Assembly (NCBI RefSeq): GCF_006345805.1
Contig: NC_042998.1
Span: 36,704,001-36,768,000, forward strand
DNA: 64,000 bases
Origin: Octopus sinensis
Taxonomy: Eukaryota
Reading direction: 5' to 3'
The notes under the pieces are model-generated. The model saw only the letters and a list, made by a program, of their open reading frames with translations, made no database searches and was not told the DNA's origin. The translations under genes and the position numbers were made by a program. Shown here one piece after another: positions 1 through 12,224 of this stretch. Within the stretch, counting starts at the first letter, position 1, and every line of letters starts with the position of its first letter.

Positions 1-469
1 CTTTAAGAAGGTAAGTATTGAGGTTGATTGATTTGACAAAAAAATTCTTCAAGCCGGTGCCCCAATATGGCCTCTGTCTAATGACTGAAATGAGTAAATG
101 ATAAAGATTAAAGTTACTGAGAAGATTATTGTGAGAAAAAGAATGAATTGTCCGTATGCCGCTTCTTCGCTACGGATGACATCTCTAAACCAAAGAGAGG
201 ATTGCTTAAGAAATACACCTGATAATACATTACACATCCATGATGTGTAACATTTACTATGGAAATTGACAGTTATAAAGGTGTACAAAGAAAGCATTCC
301 AGAAGTGTTTAGATACTTTTTGGTGAGGCAGACATAACAGTCGGTGATTAATGTCGTGTTAGTTTGTCCTTAATATTCATCAGTTGGACGCTGATCTTCC
401 GACTTTTCATTCTAGATAGAAAAAGACAACTGTAAAAGTGTTTTGAAGACACCCTGCTAAATACTTCTA

Positions 470-830
470 GTTACAACCGGCTAAACAATGCTTGTCACAA
501 TTTCGTCCTGGCAACCAAGTACTTGACAGAGATGGGCATCAAACAATATCTCACCCCCCTACAGTCCCGACCTTTCCCCTGCGATTTTGACTGTTTCCCA
601 AGCTGAAGGAGAACCTTACAGGCAGTCGTTTTGTAGACGATGAGAGGATGAAGTAAGCTGTAACAAGGGTGCTGGAACCTTCCCTTTGGAGAACTTCCAT
701 AGGGCCTTCACGAAAGGGTTGGAGTGTCACAACAGGTGCGTTGAAGTCAGAGGGTTCTACGTTGAAAGAGACTAGAATTTTGTTCTTCGAAATTTGTAAA
801 AGTTTCACTCAAAATATACTCAAAGCTATT
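470..830 (+). mobile_element. Degraded mariner transposase C-terminus
   Basis: Frameshifted translation gives YLTEMGIK..HPPYSPDL.PCDF.LFPKLKENL.GSRF...F.R.FTK...NRCVEVRGS..E.D*, i.e. the mariner YSPDL motif and C-terminus. Confidence 0.85.
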
Positions 831-3149
831 GAAATGCAGTTCGTAGATATTTCGGGTATCAAGAAGGATTAGCTGTTAGTGTTAAATTAAAAGGAAAAGA
901 GGATTGAGATTCAGAAGGCATATACTTGAAATTTCAATAAAGCCGTGTATGTAGACATTTAGAATGAAGTGTCTCAGCTCACTCTGTGAATTCACTAAAG
1001 AGAATGTGGCGAAACATATATTCCTGCTCCCAACTACTAACAATAATACGCATTGAGTAAGGAATAACTATTAAAATATTAGATATATTAGGTATACCTC
1101 GAATTCTCTAGAAATAGTAATGGAAAATAGTGATTTATTACAATGCAACAATGAATAATTTAATTCACAATGTAAATTTACCAACCCAGCTGTTTTAGTG
1201 TATCCTGTGAATAATGGATATTATATCATTAATGTATTAGGTGCAAAATATTACAAGGCGATATTACAAAAAAGAAAAAAAAAACATATAAAGAAACATA
1301 TTATCACTAAACATGAACTAGAATAGCTAAGTACCTTCATGCATGTACATAGAGAATATTATTAGCAGAATGGTAGGTGGAAAATGCGAAGAAAGGAAAA
1401 TTGTCCAAGAACAAATAGTGACACTGAGAAATTCGATACGGAAAGAAGTGGTAAAAAGAGTAAAGGAATCCGTTATTGTAAAATGACGTAGGAGAAAGAA
1501 AAGGAGAAGACGAGGGCGTAGAAAGTAAGCATGTGAGTTATGAAGAGAGAAAGTATAAAGAAAGGGCTGACTAGAGAAGATAAAGAATGGATGAGTTGTA
1601 AAGGCGTAGGAGGAGGGGAAAGGTATTGACAATGTATAAATGTAGAAAGAAGGCAAAACGGTGAAAGGGAAAACAAAACAAACACAAATGTGAAAAGAAA
1701 AAGGAAGACATGAAAAGTCCGTCGGTTAGTCTCTGGTGCCTAACCTACTGTAAGAAAGGGTTATAAAACGGAATGATGAAAAAGGTAGAAGTAGGTAAGT
1801 CAGTGAAATCTATCATAACAAAGAATGCTAGACAAAGAAGAACCCTTACTGCGTTTCAAGAAAATGCAGTCACATCTCAACAGGAAAAGGGCCTATTGTT
1901 GATTAAGAAAGATGCCATAAAAAGGTATATTATATGGAGGACTACTGAAACTAAGTTTAGAAGGAAATACCATATTCGTTTATAACAAAACAATTACAAC
2001 AGAATCTGTTAATATAGGGAGATATCCAATATTAGACAAAATCGCCACTTTTGAAGTGTGGTAAATCGAATAGAATACATGAAGATAAATGACAAATATA
2101 CGTATGTATAAAAGGTGTATAGAAATGGAATGGTGTTGAGTGAGAGAGACTCAACGCCTTCGTGGTTTTATACATAGTTTAGTCAGCGACGGCGACATTT
2201 GTAATTGAAAATCACAATTTCAATTTATGATTCAATTTCAGGACTTCAGTTATGGCAATTGTCACATATATGAACCCAAAGATGGAGTGGATGAGAAAGA
2301 GTGAAATGGTTATCAATAGGATCGAATTTCCGCTCAAGTATAGATAATTATATATGTAACCAGTCTATGTAGTTAAATGGGAAAACCAAGTTGCAAGTAA
2401 GGAGTTTGGAGTGAAGTGGGGAGCTTACAATTAAAGATAATATTAATGTGACTCAGTTGGAGCTGAGTGGGTTCTGGTAAAAAGGTAAGCTTTATAAAAT
2501 GTATGGATTTACCAGGGTTTTAAAGTCATTTTATTAAATACAAAAGTATTCTTTTTTCTCTCTTAATATTTGAAGAGATTTTTTGCAGCAACAATTTCAT
2601 GACTCCCAACCTCCTTGCTACGGTTTACCAACGTTAATAATGGATTACATATGTTTAATGCTTTCAGTTGGTGAATGGAAGGAATTTCAACCGTGTTTCG
2701 TGGTCTGCTACCACAACAGCTCCTTTATAGGATCCAGTTAGCTCAAGACATCATCCGGAGGAACCACGTCCGGTTTCGGCCCCAACTCCTCTACCGTTTT
2801 GCCGTGGGGCATCCCCCCCACTTTCGGAGGTGTCTTCAGCTCTGGTGTTGGGTGCATGTCTTCTTTCTTCTTCTTTCTTCGGTTCCCTGGCCTCTTCGAT
2901 ATATCATCAACGAGTGTCAGCGGGCGACTGACTGCCTTGTAAAATTTTTTCCCTTTGAATACCTGCTGGTAGGCTCCAGCAGGCAGCCCCAGACAGTTGT
3001 CACGTGACACTGTCTCAACTTTAACTGACCAATGAAGACGCGTAGTCTTAGCCCACGCATTCTTTAAACGAGACCGTCACCTGTCAATCAGCGAAGTTAA
3101 TTCAGTGTCAACTTGTCTCACCTAGTGATGTTATTTCCCGCCGGCATGT

Positions 3150-3270
3150 TATGACTTTCAAGCCATTTTTGGTCTTCCCGCTTCAGCCATATATAGAAGC
3201 TGGCTTTTTCGACCGCCTCCTGTACTCTCATTATTATTTTTCTCAGTTGCTAAAGTAGAAGATTTGTACT
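3150..3270 (-). mobile_element. 3' end of RLE-type (Hero-like) non-LTR retrotransposon ORF
   Basis: Minus strand reads LRKIIMRVQEAVEKASFYIWLKREDQKWLE, resembling the A.E.AS.WIW.KR C-terminal motif of Hero-type LINEs. Confidence 0.5.
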
Positions 3271-3937
3271 TAGTTTAGAGAAAGAGCTGATAGGTGTTAA
3301 TAACATGCGCTTAAAGTTGTTTGAAGATCCGATGTATATTTTGGTGGAATTATGACGGGTAGTGACTATATTAGCGCACAGACAATAATCCTTGAAATGG
3401 CATTTATAGGAAAGACTGAGGTTACCTTACTGGATATGAAGAGAACTGGACAGGAAAACTGGTTTGGAACCACACTGGAAGTTTTTCTCAGCGTAAAGGC
3501 TGAGAATCAGAAAAGCGTCTTATCCCTGCAGAATAGAGAAGAAATAAGACAAATTGTGAAGGCAGGCTAAAAATCGGAGATTGCCATGTGTGTAGAACAA
3601 TTGATAATATCGGTTGTTGTGCTCATACAATTAAACCAGAAAAATGTAAAAGACCGCTGTATCTCCGCCGAGTCTCTCATTGCAACAATTTCAAGCTGAA
3701 GCAAAACATAATTAACTATGGAAAGAAATGGAAAACATAGTGAAATTTTTTTTAGCATAATGAAAGAACTTAAACCTGTTTAAGTGTTTATGCATGAAAG
3801 TAAATATATTATAAAACGCACAATTTTCAAGGACATTAATTATCTGTGAGCATGAATGTAAGCAAATAAAACAGAAAGAGGAAAATACGTTCTTTCTTTG
3901 AAACAAAGAAAAAGGAACGCACTCCAAAAATAACATG

Positions 3938-3938
3938 T

Positions 3939-4028
<90 letters not shown>

Positions 4029-4040
4029 GTCTGTCTGTCT
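3938..4040. repeat. (ATCT)n microsatellite
   Basis: Directly visible perfect tetranucleotide run. Confidence 0.97.
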
Positions 4041-4142
4041 ACGTAAGTATGTATATATCTATGCATCTATCTAAATACTTATATATGTGAATATGCACAC
4101 GTACAACATACATATACTTATATATATATATATAATATATAT

Positions 4143-4199
<57 letters not shown>

Positions 4200-4455
4200 T
4201 ATATATGTATGTACATATATAGATAGATATGAATACACACACACACATCTACCTATACATGTATCAATGTGTGTATCAGGATTATTAACTTATCTAGCAG
4301 TAGTTAAGTCTCTCTTTCTATCTCTATCTCTCTCCCTCTCTCCACACACACACACGTACGCATATTCACATATATGTACATGCAGATAACTATACATATA
4401 GATACATACACAATTATGGTCATGCTCGCATACACACACACACACACACACACAA

Positions 4456-4874
4456 ACATACACACGTGCCTCTCCCCCCAACACACACACGCAGTGTTTC
4501 ATGTATTTACATATATGATTTCTCATATATTGACAGGCATGTTTTCTATATTATATTCTGAATAATATTCAATCTTGTTATATTTTGTTTTGCAGCAGAC
4601 ATTTCGCAGACTAGATTATAGATGTTTCCATAATAAACCTGATTCTACTGTTGACAACTGTCTTCATATTCATACAATGTTGTTAACATTATTTGTCAGT
4701 AATTACATTGAGATTTTGTCAACTACATCTGTTATGTTTTCGTATTTCATTTACATTTTTGTATTGTTTGGTTTCTGATTATATCTTAGGAAGAGTAAAA
4801 CAACTCGGATATTAATGTAATAAAAAACAAAAATACGAAGCAACATTGTGGCCGGCAGTATTGCTTAATATCTT

Positions 4875-4949
<75 letters not shown>

Positions 4950-5065
4950 CTTTCTTTCACTCCTTCCCTCTCGCTCACTCTGTATATATATATATATAAT
5001 ATATATAATATATATATATATATATATTTCTACTCATATATATACATACATATATTTAGTTCTAC

Positions 5066-5146
<81 letters not shown>

Positions 5147-5598
5147 CATATATATATACACACCACACACACACACACAACATACACACGTGCCTCTCCC
5201 CCCAACACACACACGCAGTGTTTCATGTATTTACATATATGATTTCTCATATATTGACAGGCATGTTTTCTATATTATATTCTGAATAATATTCAATCTT
5301 GTTATATTTTGTTTTGCAGCAGACATTTCGCAGACTAGATTATAGATGTTTCCATAATAAACCTGATTCTACTGTTGACAACTGTCTTCATATTCATACA
5401 ATGTTGTTAACATTATTTGTCAGTAATTACATTGAGATTTTGTCAACTACATCTGTTATGTTTTCGTATTTCATTTACATTTTTGTATTGTTTGGTTTCT
5501 GATTATATCTTAGGAAGAGTAAAACAACTCGGATATTAATGTAATAAAAAACAAAAATACGAAGCAACATTGTGGCCGGCAGTATTGCTTAATATCTT

Positions 5599-5673
<75 letters not shown>

Positions 5674-5702
5674 CTTTCTTTCACTCCTTCCCTCTCGCTC
5701 AC

Positions 5703-5743
<41 letters not shown>

Positions 5744-5790
5744 TATATATATTTCTACTCATATATATACATACATATATTTAGTTCTAC

Positions 5791-5872
<82 letters not shown>

Positions 5873-5877
5873 CATAC

Positions 5878-5928
<51 letters not shown>

Positions 5929-5930
5929 AT
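4456..5930 (+). repeat. Tandem duplication, period ~724 bp
   Basis: 4456-4875 matches 5180-5599 (identical ORFs 4575..4778 and 5299..5502). The copies differ only in microsatellite lengths. Confidence 0.95.
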
Positions 5931-6095
5931 ACATATATACATATATACAAGGACAAGCAAGTTAGGAAAGTTGATATACAAAACATTAAATACATTTAAT
6001 ACAAAAGTTGTACTTATGTCTACTTATTATAAAGTCCGACTAACAGAATAGAAATGTTATCAAAAATTAAGGGAGTTGAGTGGAAGTTTTACGAG

Positions 6096-6190
6096 TCAAA
6101 TAACTGTTTCTTGGAGTTTGGTGGTTTTAAATAATGCTTATAACTTAATTCCATCATTGGATAACCACCGCCCTCCGTCTTCAGGGAAGA
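6096..6190 (-). ncRNA. Degenerate type I hammerhead motif in PLE 3' terminus
   Basis: Minus strand CTGAAGA-cGGAG..ggtggtt...aaccacc..CTCC-aa-GAAAC-agtta. Stems I and III are poorly preserved. Confidence 0.4.
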
Positions 6191-6899
6191 ATTTTACATT
6201 TGTGGCGTTGACTAAATGGGGATTAATGATTTTGTGGAGAACTAAGTGTATTAGAAAGAGGAGTTGGGGACAGTTTAGATAGAGAGTAGTGGGAGGAGAA
6301 AATAGATTATGGGGTAACGGTTAATAATGAGGCTAGTGATAATAGTAGATGGGGATGGTAGGATGAAGGAGGAAGGGTGGCTTAGGTAGTATGTGAATGG
6401 TGACCTTTGTGTTAGTTTGTATGAAGGCTATAGAGTCAAAGGTTGAGATAGAGAAACAGGGATGGGTATAATTTGAGGGAAATGAATTGATTGGTTCAAT
6501 AGCTGCCATGTGAGGAGGTTCTCAAAAGTAGTTGTTAGTGAGACAGAAGAACTGGGTTGCTATTGTAGGGGTGGAATGTTATGGTCAATAGAGGAATGTG
6601 GAATTGAAAAGAGGGTTGTAGGTAGGGAGGGAGAGAAGTAGATTGGTTAGTTTTAAAAGGAGTGGACTATTGTTAAGTACTTTTTGAGACTGGGGAGGCT
6701 AAGAAGGATATGTGAAGTAGTTGATGTGAAGCATTTGGAGATTCGTGTATGAGAGAGAGAGAGAGTAGGAGGGGGTTAGTATGTTTTAATTAGTAGGTTG
6801 TTAAGGCCGGCTTTGTCTGGGTTTAAGATTTTGTTGGGTGTGGAATTTATCATGTGTTTATGTAGATTTGGCGGAGTGCGTGAAAAAATGAATAGTACT

Positions 6900-7115
6900 T
6901 ATGTTTACAAGATTTGTGCATTGTTGTGGGTATGGAATATTTGAGGATTTGTGGTTGTACACATACGTTGCTAAGGAAGTTGACAACTTAGTATTTGGAT
7001 TGATGAAAGAGTTCCTGTGTGCATGATAGCGGCGCTTAACATTTACAGTGTTGCTGATGTATTCCCTTGTTTGGTAGGAACACGCTGTTATAACACGGAA
7101 CTTGTAGATTACATG
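6900..7115 (-). mobile_element. GIY-YIG endonuclease remnant of a Penelope-like element
   Basis: Minus strand: VIYKFRVITACSYQTREYISNTVNVKRRYHAHRNSFINPNTKLSTSLATYVYNHK, matching the VIY..YIG..K.RY..H..SF...ST.L pattern. Confidence 0.75.
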
Positions 7116-7293
7116 TGTAACATGTAAATCTCAACTTTGGTACAGAAGTACCGGCAGAATCATATTCCTGTAGTGCATGCAGACAATTTGACGCAGCAGA
7201 GTATAAAATCCGCCCCTGAGCTATTCAGACACGTACTTTTTATTACATACACAGTCTCAAATCCTGATACACAAATACATACATGTGTGTATG

Positions 7294-7342
<49 letters not shown>

Positions 7343-7425
7343 TATATTATATATATATATAATAGGGGTAAAACTAATTAATAATTCCACCAAGTAGTGA
7401 TTCGGTAAATTTAAACAATATTTAT

Positions 7426-7886
7426 TATAATAAGGGTTAGGCAAAAGAATTTGCTTCACCACACACCGAACTTTAGAAATAGCAGCCAAAATTTAAAAAA
7501 AAATAGCTATTTCTTCTACTTTAAGAAACAACTCCCAGGCAATATATGCTCAAAAACGTATCACGTAGGCAGAGAAAGAAAGCAACGAAATTCACCCGGC
7601 ATTAGATTAACTGTGTACAGAAATACTGGAAATAATGTCCTGATGAGAAAAGTGATCAGAATGGAAGTGCAGTTCTTGCATTTTTCATATCTATCTAATT
7701 TCGAAACACGTACACAATTAATCTAATGCCGGGTGAATTTCGTTGTTTTCTTTCTCTGCCTACGTGATACGTTTTTGAGCATATATTGTCTGTTTCTTAC
7801 GGTGGAAGAAACAGCTGTTTTTTTAATTTTGTCTGCCAAAGTTCGGTGTGTGGTGAAGCAAATTCTTTTGCCTAACCCTTATTATA
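7426..7886. repeat. Inverted repeat (arms ~7426-7618 and ~7710-7886), PLE pseudo-LTR-like
   Basis: ataataagggttaggcaaaagaatttgcttcaccacacaccgaactt is the reverse complement of aagttcggtgtgtggtgaagcaaattcttttgcctaacccttattat. Flanked by (TA)n. Confidence 0.92.
7632..7720 (+). ncRNA. Hammerhead ribozyme motif (type I, long loop II)
   Basis: aatgtc-CTGATGA-GAAA...TTTC-GAAAC-ac-GTA-cacaat. Predicted cleavage after 7712. Confidence 0.6.
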
Positions 7887-7990
7887 TTTTGTATATATAT
7901 ATAAGTTTGAAATTTATAGGAAAACAAAAGACGAAGACAGGTGTATGAACAGCAAGCAGGTGTATTAGTTTGATACTAGGAAAAGTAAGA

Positions 7991-8031
7991 AAGTCTTTTA
8001 CGTTTCGATTCTACGCTCTTCAACGGAAAGG
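7991..8031 (-). ncRNA. Degenerate minimal hammerhead-like motif in short repeat
   Basis: Minus strand ttt-CCGTTGA-AGAGC-gtag-aatc-GAAACGTA-aaag. Same family as 29421 and 29894. Confidence 0.4.
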
Positions 8032-8294
8032 AAAAAGAGAAAAGAAACTGAGAGAATAAAATTTAGATAGATAAATAGATAGATAGATAGATGATAGATG
8101 TGTTAGTTTGTAGAAGATACCGAAAATGTCACGAGTTGAAACGGAACCCGAACTTATGCGACTGGAAGGCAATCTTCTTATTACACTGTCACACCTACGT
8201 CTATACGTGTATGTATATATATATATATGTGTGCGTGTGTGTGTGTGTGTGTGTGTGGTGTGTGTGTGTGTTTGTGTGTGTGGGTGTGCTCGCG

Positions 8295-8605
8295 TAGACA
8301 CATGACCTAGTGGTTAGAGCAGCGGACTCGCTGTCGTGGGATCGCGGTTTCGGATCCCAGACCGGGCGATGTATGTGTTTAAGAGCGAAAGGCCTAAGCT
8401 CCACGCGTCTCCGGCAGAAGGTAATGGTGAACTTCTGCTGATTCTTTCGCCACAACTTTCTCTCACTCTTTCCTCCTGCATCTTGCAGCTCACCTGCGAC
8501 GGATCGGCGTCCCGTCCAGGTGGGAAACATATTCCCCAGTGGAACCGGGAAACCGACCCTTATCAGCCAGGTATAGCTCGAGAAAGATCAAATAACTTAA
8601 CAACA
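8295..8605 (+). mobile_element. tRNA-derived SINE (same family as 53875-54185)
   Basis: A box TAGTGGTTAGAGC, B-box-like GTTTCGGATC, central cctgcgacgga..cgtcccgtccagg domain. Second copy at 53875. Confidence 0.85.
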
Positions 8606-8636
8606 CATTATATATATATATATATATATATATATT

Positions 8637-8758
8637 GCGAGGATGATCCGGTTCTTGACTGAAGATTAGAGGCTTCGAATGACCCGTCCGTTTTTGTGTC
8701 GTCTATTTGTTTGTTTTGCGTTCTTGTCCCATTTTGTATTTTAATATATATTTTTTAT

Positions 8759-8834
<76 letters not shown>

Positions 8835-8971
8835 ATATATATATATATTGCGAGGATGATCCGGTTCTTGACTGAAGATTAGAGGCTTCGAATGACCCGT
8901 CCGTTTTTGTGTCGTCTATTTGTTTGTTTTGCGTTCTTGTCCCATTTTGTATTTTAATATATATTTTTTAT

Positions 8972-8975
<4 letters not shown>
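8637..8975 (+). repeat. Identical ~125 bp direct repeat separated by (CA)n/(TA)n
   Basis: gcgaggatgatccggttcttgactgaagattagagg...ttttgtattttaat at ~8637 and ~8850. Confidence 0.92.
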
Positions 8976-9063
<88 letters not shown>

Positions 9064-9276
9064 GAATACTTATATATACGAACATATACATACATATATA
9101 TGCACGTATGCATCAAGGGTATTTCAAAATTTTAAACAATAATTTTAAATAATTATTAACTTTGAAGGTTACTTTTTTCCATGCTGACCACTTGATGAGT
9201 TCATTATTTTATTTTAAATTAACGATCTTATCCTTATTAATCTAAATTTATATATATCTATATCTATCTATCTATC

Positions 9277-9353
<77 letters not shown>

Positions 9354-9354
9354 G

Positions 9355-9426
<72 letters not shown>

Positions 9427-11084
9427 GTTACAAAGTAACGCCTGTAGTGGGTTTGAATATAAAGCTAGCCTAAAATAAAACAACAACTAGGATAGTCTCA
9501 AATATCGTAAAATACATTTTAGGTTAGGAGTACATTTGATGAAATATAACTGTGTACTCTGCACTTGACAGGTGCTTTAGCAGAAACGAGTAAATTCCTG
9601 ATTTCAGGACACTTGAAAATCAATAGCAAAAAGCCTTCAATGCACGGGAATTGCTTGTCTATTCGCCTCCATTTCCACTGTTTATTTGAAAGGTTGTACA
9701 TTAGATTAATATCTGAATGATTTGAGGTCGTCTGGCCGCGCTTCTGGGGGCTAATTTTCCACACGAAGATCAGGCATTCAGGATCGTCTTTAATGAATTA
9801 CTTTTATTTTTTACTTCCTGCATCAAGTATACTATTAACTAATCACGAGTGAACTATTGCTGTTGAAGTAAACAAAAAGAGCATTTTTTTTTATTCTATA
9901 GCTTGAAATGGAGGACCTTGAGTTTTTTCGAGACATATGCTTCGGCGAAAGAATCTTAACCACGCCATGAAGAAAATGAATGCCCCCTATTCAAGGTAAA
10001 TTTTAATACACAAACTATTTTCCATCTGTTCATCTAATAGAAGTCGGTGATCAGAAGGTTAAATAAATAAAGAAATAAAGGGATGGGTTACACCAGAGTC
10101 TGTGGTAGACTCAAATTATAATGTTTTTATGATATATACACAAGTAATTTAACTGGCAAAAATATTACATATTTACTAAAAAAAAAAGATATTATAGCCA
10201 ATTATAGTCTACAGAAAATATTAAACCCAAAATAAATATGCATGTGCTCAGAACCAAATGAATACGAAAGCTTAATCGGTAAATTTTTGTTAGTAACTTG
10301 AAAATCAATAGCAAAATGTTTAGACATATGTGTAAACTAAAGCTGGAAGGAAAAAAACAATTTTCAGTCAAATTTTGATAGTGTGAACATGTATAAGAGG
10401 GGGTAAACTCAGTAAACGTAATTATGGAACAAAGACAATTTAGAATGCAGGAATTTAGGGAAATATATTAACTGGCTTAACATATAAGGAAGGCATTGTG
10501 TGGGATAGTTTTTCTTCTGTATTCTTTAAATACAATTATTTATATTGTTGAATCAATCAATATAATTTTAGAATAAAAGTTTTATTTTTTTCATTATATT
10601 ACTTTGAACTTTTAAATATAAGTAAAGAAAAGAAATATAATTTTAATATTTCAAAAGAACTAATTTTTTTTTTATTTTTGCGTGTATTATGAATAACAAA
10701 AAGCTGGCAACAATAGAAATATTGATAAAATGATTAAATAGTTGTTGAAAAGAGCTGCGGCTTCAGCTGGTATTTTCCTACAGAGAAAACAAGAACTATC
10801 TTCGTCTTAGCTGTTTTCAAGAATAAACACAAATGTCTTACAAAGAAATAATCTTTGTCGAATGTACATATATGTGTGTGTGCGTGCATGTGTGTGTGTG
10901 TGTATATACCACGTGTCGTATTTAATTCGACAGTATTTAAACATTAATACAATGCCTTCAATTACTGGAAGCCTACACCCATGAGCTTGTGCGTGTGTAT
11001 GTATGTATGGCTGTATTTAAGTAGATGTGTACGTATGTATACACACACATATATGTACAAACGCATCGATAGACACTTGCCCAA

Positions 11085-11116
<32 letters not shown>

Positions 11117-11309
11117 GCGTGTGTGTGTTTTCGTGTTCGCGTTTGTTACCACGACAACTGCTGTTCGTTTGTTTATGTCCGATGTATGAATAAGCACACG
11201 GGTGGATTTTGATCGACTACCCAACAGAAGGCACTGTACCTTCAAATGTTTAGTCGATCGTAGACGCAGACCCATTAGAGTAAAAAAGAAAAAAAAGATA
11301 TATACATAT

Positions 11310-11690
11310 ATAAGGGTAGGCATAGTAAGTAGTTTGCATCCCAACCACATTAGGTTCAGTCCCACCGTGCTGCACCTCGAGAAAGTTTCTTCTGGTATAG
11401 CATCGGGACGCCCAAATCTACTTGTGAGTAAATTTGGTAGACGGAAACTTAAAGAAGACCGTCTTATATATGTATATGTATGTATATATCTTTTTGTGTA
11501 TGTCTTCGTATCTGTGTTTGACCTCACCGCCGCCTGTTTGTTTGCCTCCCCGTAACATAGCGTTTCGGCAGAAGACAGATAATATAAGAACCAGACTTTT
11601 CTTTACTTACTGTGGACCAATCGTTCGACTGAGCCCTTCAATGTAGTGCTCCAGTTTGGCCGTAGTCTAGTGATAGAGGAAAAAGATGTG
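11310..11690 (+). mobile_element. Degraded tRNA-derived SINE
   Basis: cccaaccac..ggttcagtccca head and ttggtagacggaaact.aaagaag.ccgtc body, shared with 11695, 15820 and 59420. Confidence 0.7.
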
Positions 11691-11694
11691 TATA

Positions 11695-11842
11695 GGGGCA
11701 GGTGTGGGTTTGTGGTTGGACCCTATCTTCCCAACCACATGGTTATGGATTCCGTCCTACTGCGTTTTTTACTATAGCGTTGGACCAACCAAAACCTTGT
11801 AAGTGGATTTTGGAGACGGAAACTGAAAAAAGCCCGTCGTAT
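11695..11842 (+). mobile_element. Degraded tRNA-derived SINE (5' part)
   Basis: tcccaaccacatggt...gtggattttggagacggaaactgaaaaaagcccgtcg. Confidence 0.7.
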
Positions 11843-11887
11843 TTTTTTCCCTCTGTCTTCCCTTCTCGGGATCTTTCCTTTTCCTAT

Positions 11888-11923
11888 GTTTCCGACGAAG
11901 AGCTCCGCTCGAAACGTTAAACC
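11888..11923 (+). ncRNA. Minimal type I hammerhead motif (U4C variant)
   Basis: gttt-CCGACGA-A-GAGC-tcc-GCTC-GAAACGTT-aaac. Stem I gttt/aaac, palindromic AACGTT. Confidence 0.55.
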
Positions 11924-12224
11924 CTCCTTCTTCCCTTCTTTCCTATATTTGTTCCACATCCTCGCGTTGTTGTGTTTTTTGTGTTTTCTTGTTTGGATTA
12001 ACTTTATATATATAGTGTATGCCAGTAAGTTTGCAAATCTTACGAGGCCGCAAAAGACATTTTAAGATCCGCAAAGATCAGAACTTATCTGCAGCATTTG
12101 GTGGTCCAAATCGGATCTGCAATCCATGTGGATGTCTTTTCGGACAATTGTCCGTTTTAAAATGTCAGATGAGATGCCATGATGGTGCTGAGGTTTAGGT
12201 ACAGGAGCATGTATATATATATAT

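Noticed and set aside
1-2500. Possible further Penelope-like remnants (1-300 and 850-2500)
   Set aside because: Only vague compositional resemblance; no motif could be read with confidence.
9611-10317. 21-bp repeat acttgaaaatcaatagcaaaa at ~9611 and ~10297
   Set aside because: Only two A-rich copies and no element structure between them, so no function can be supported.
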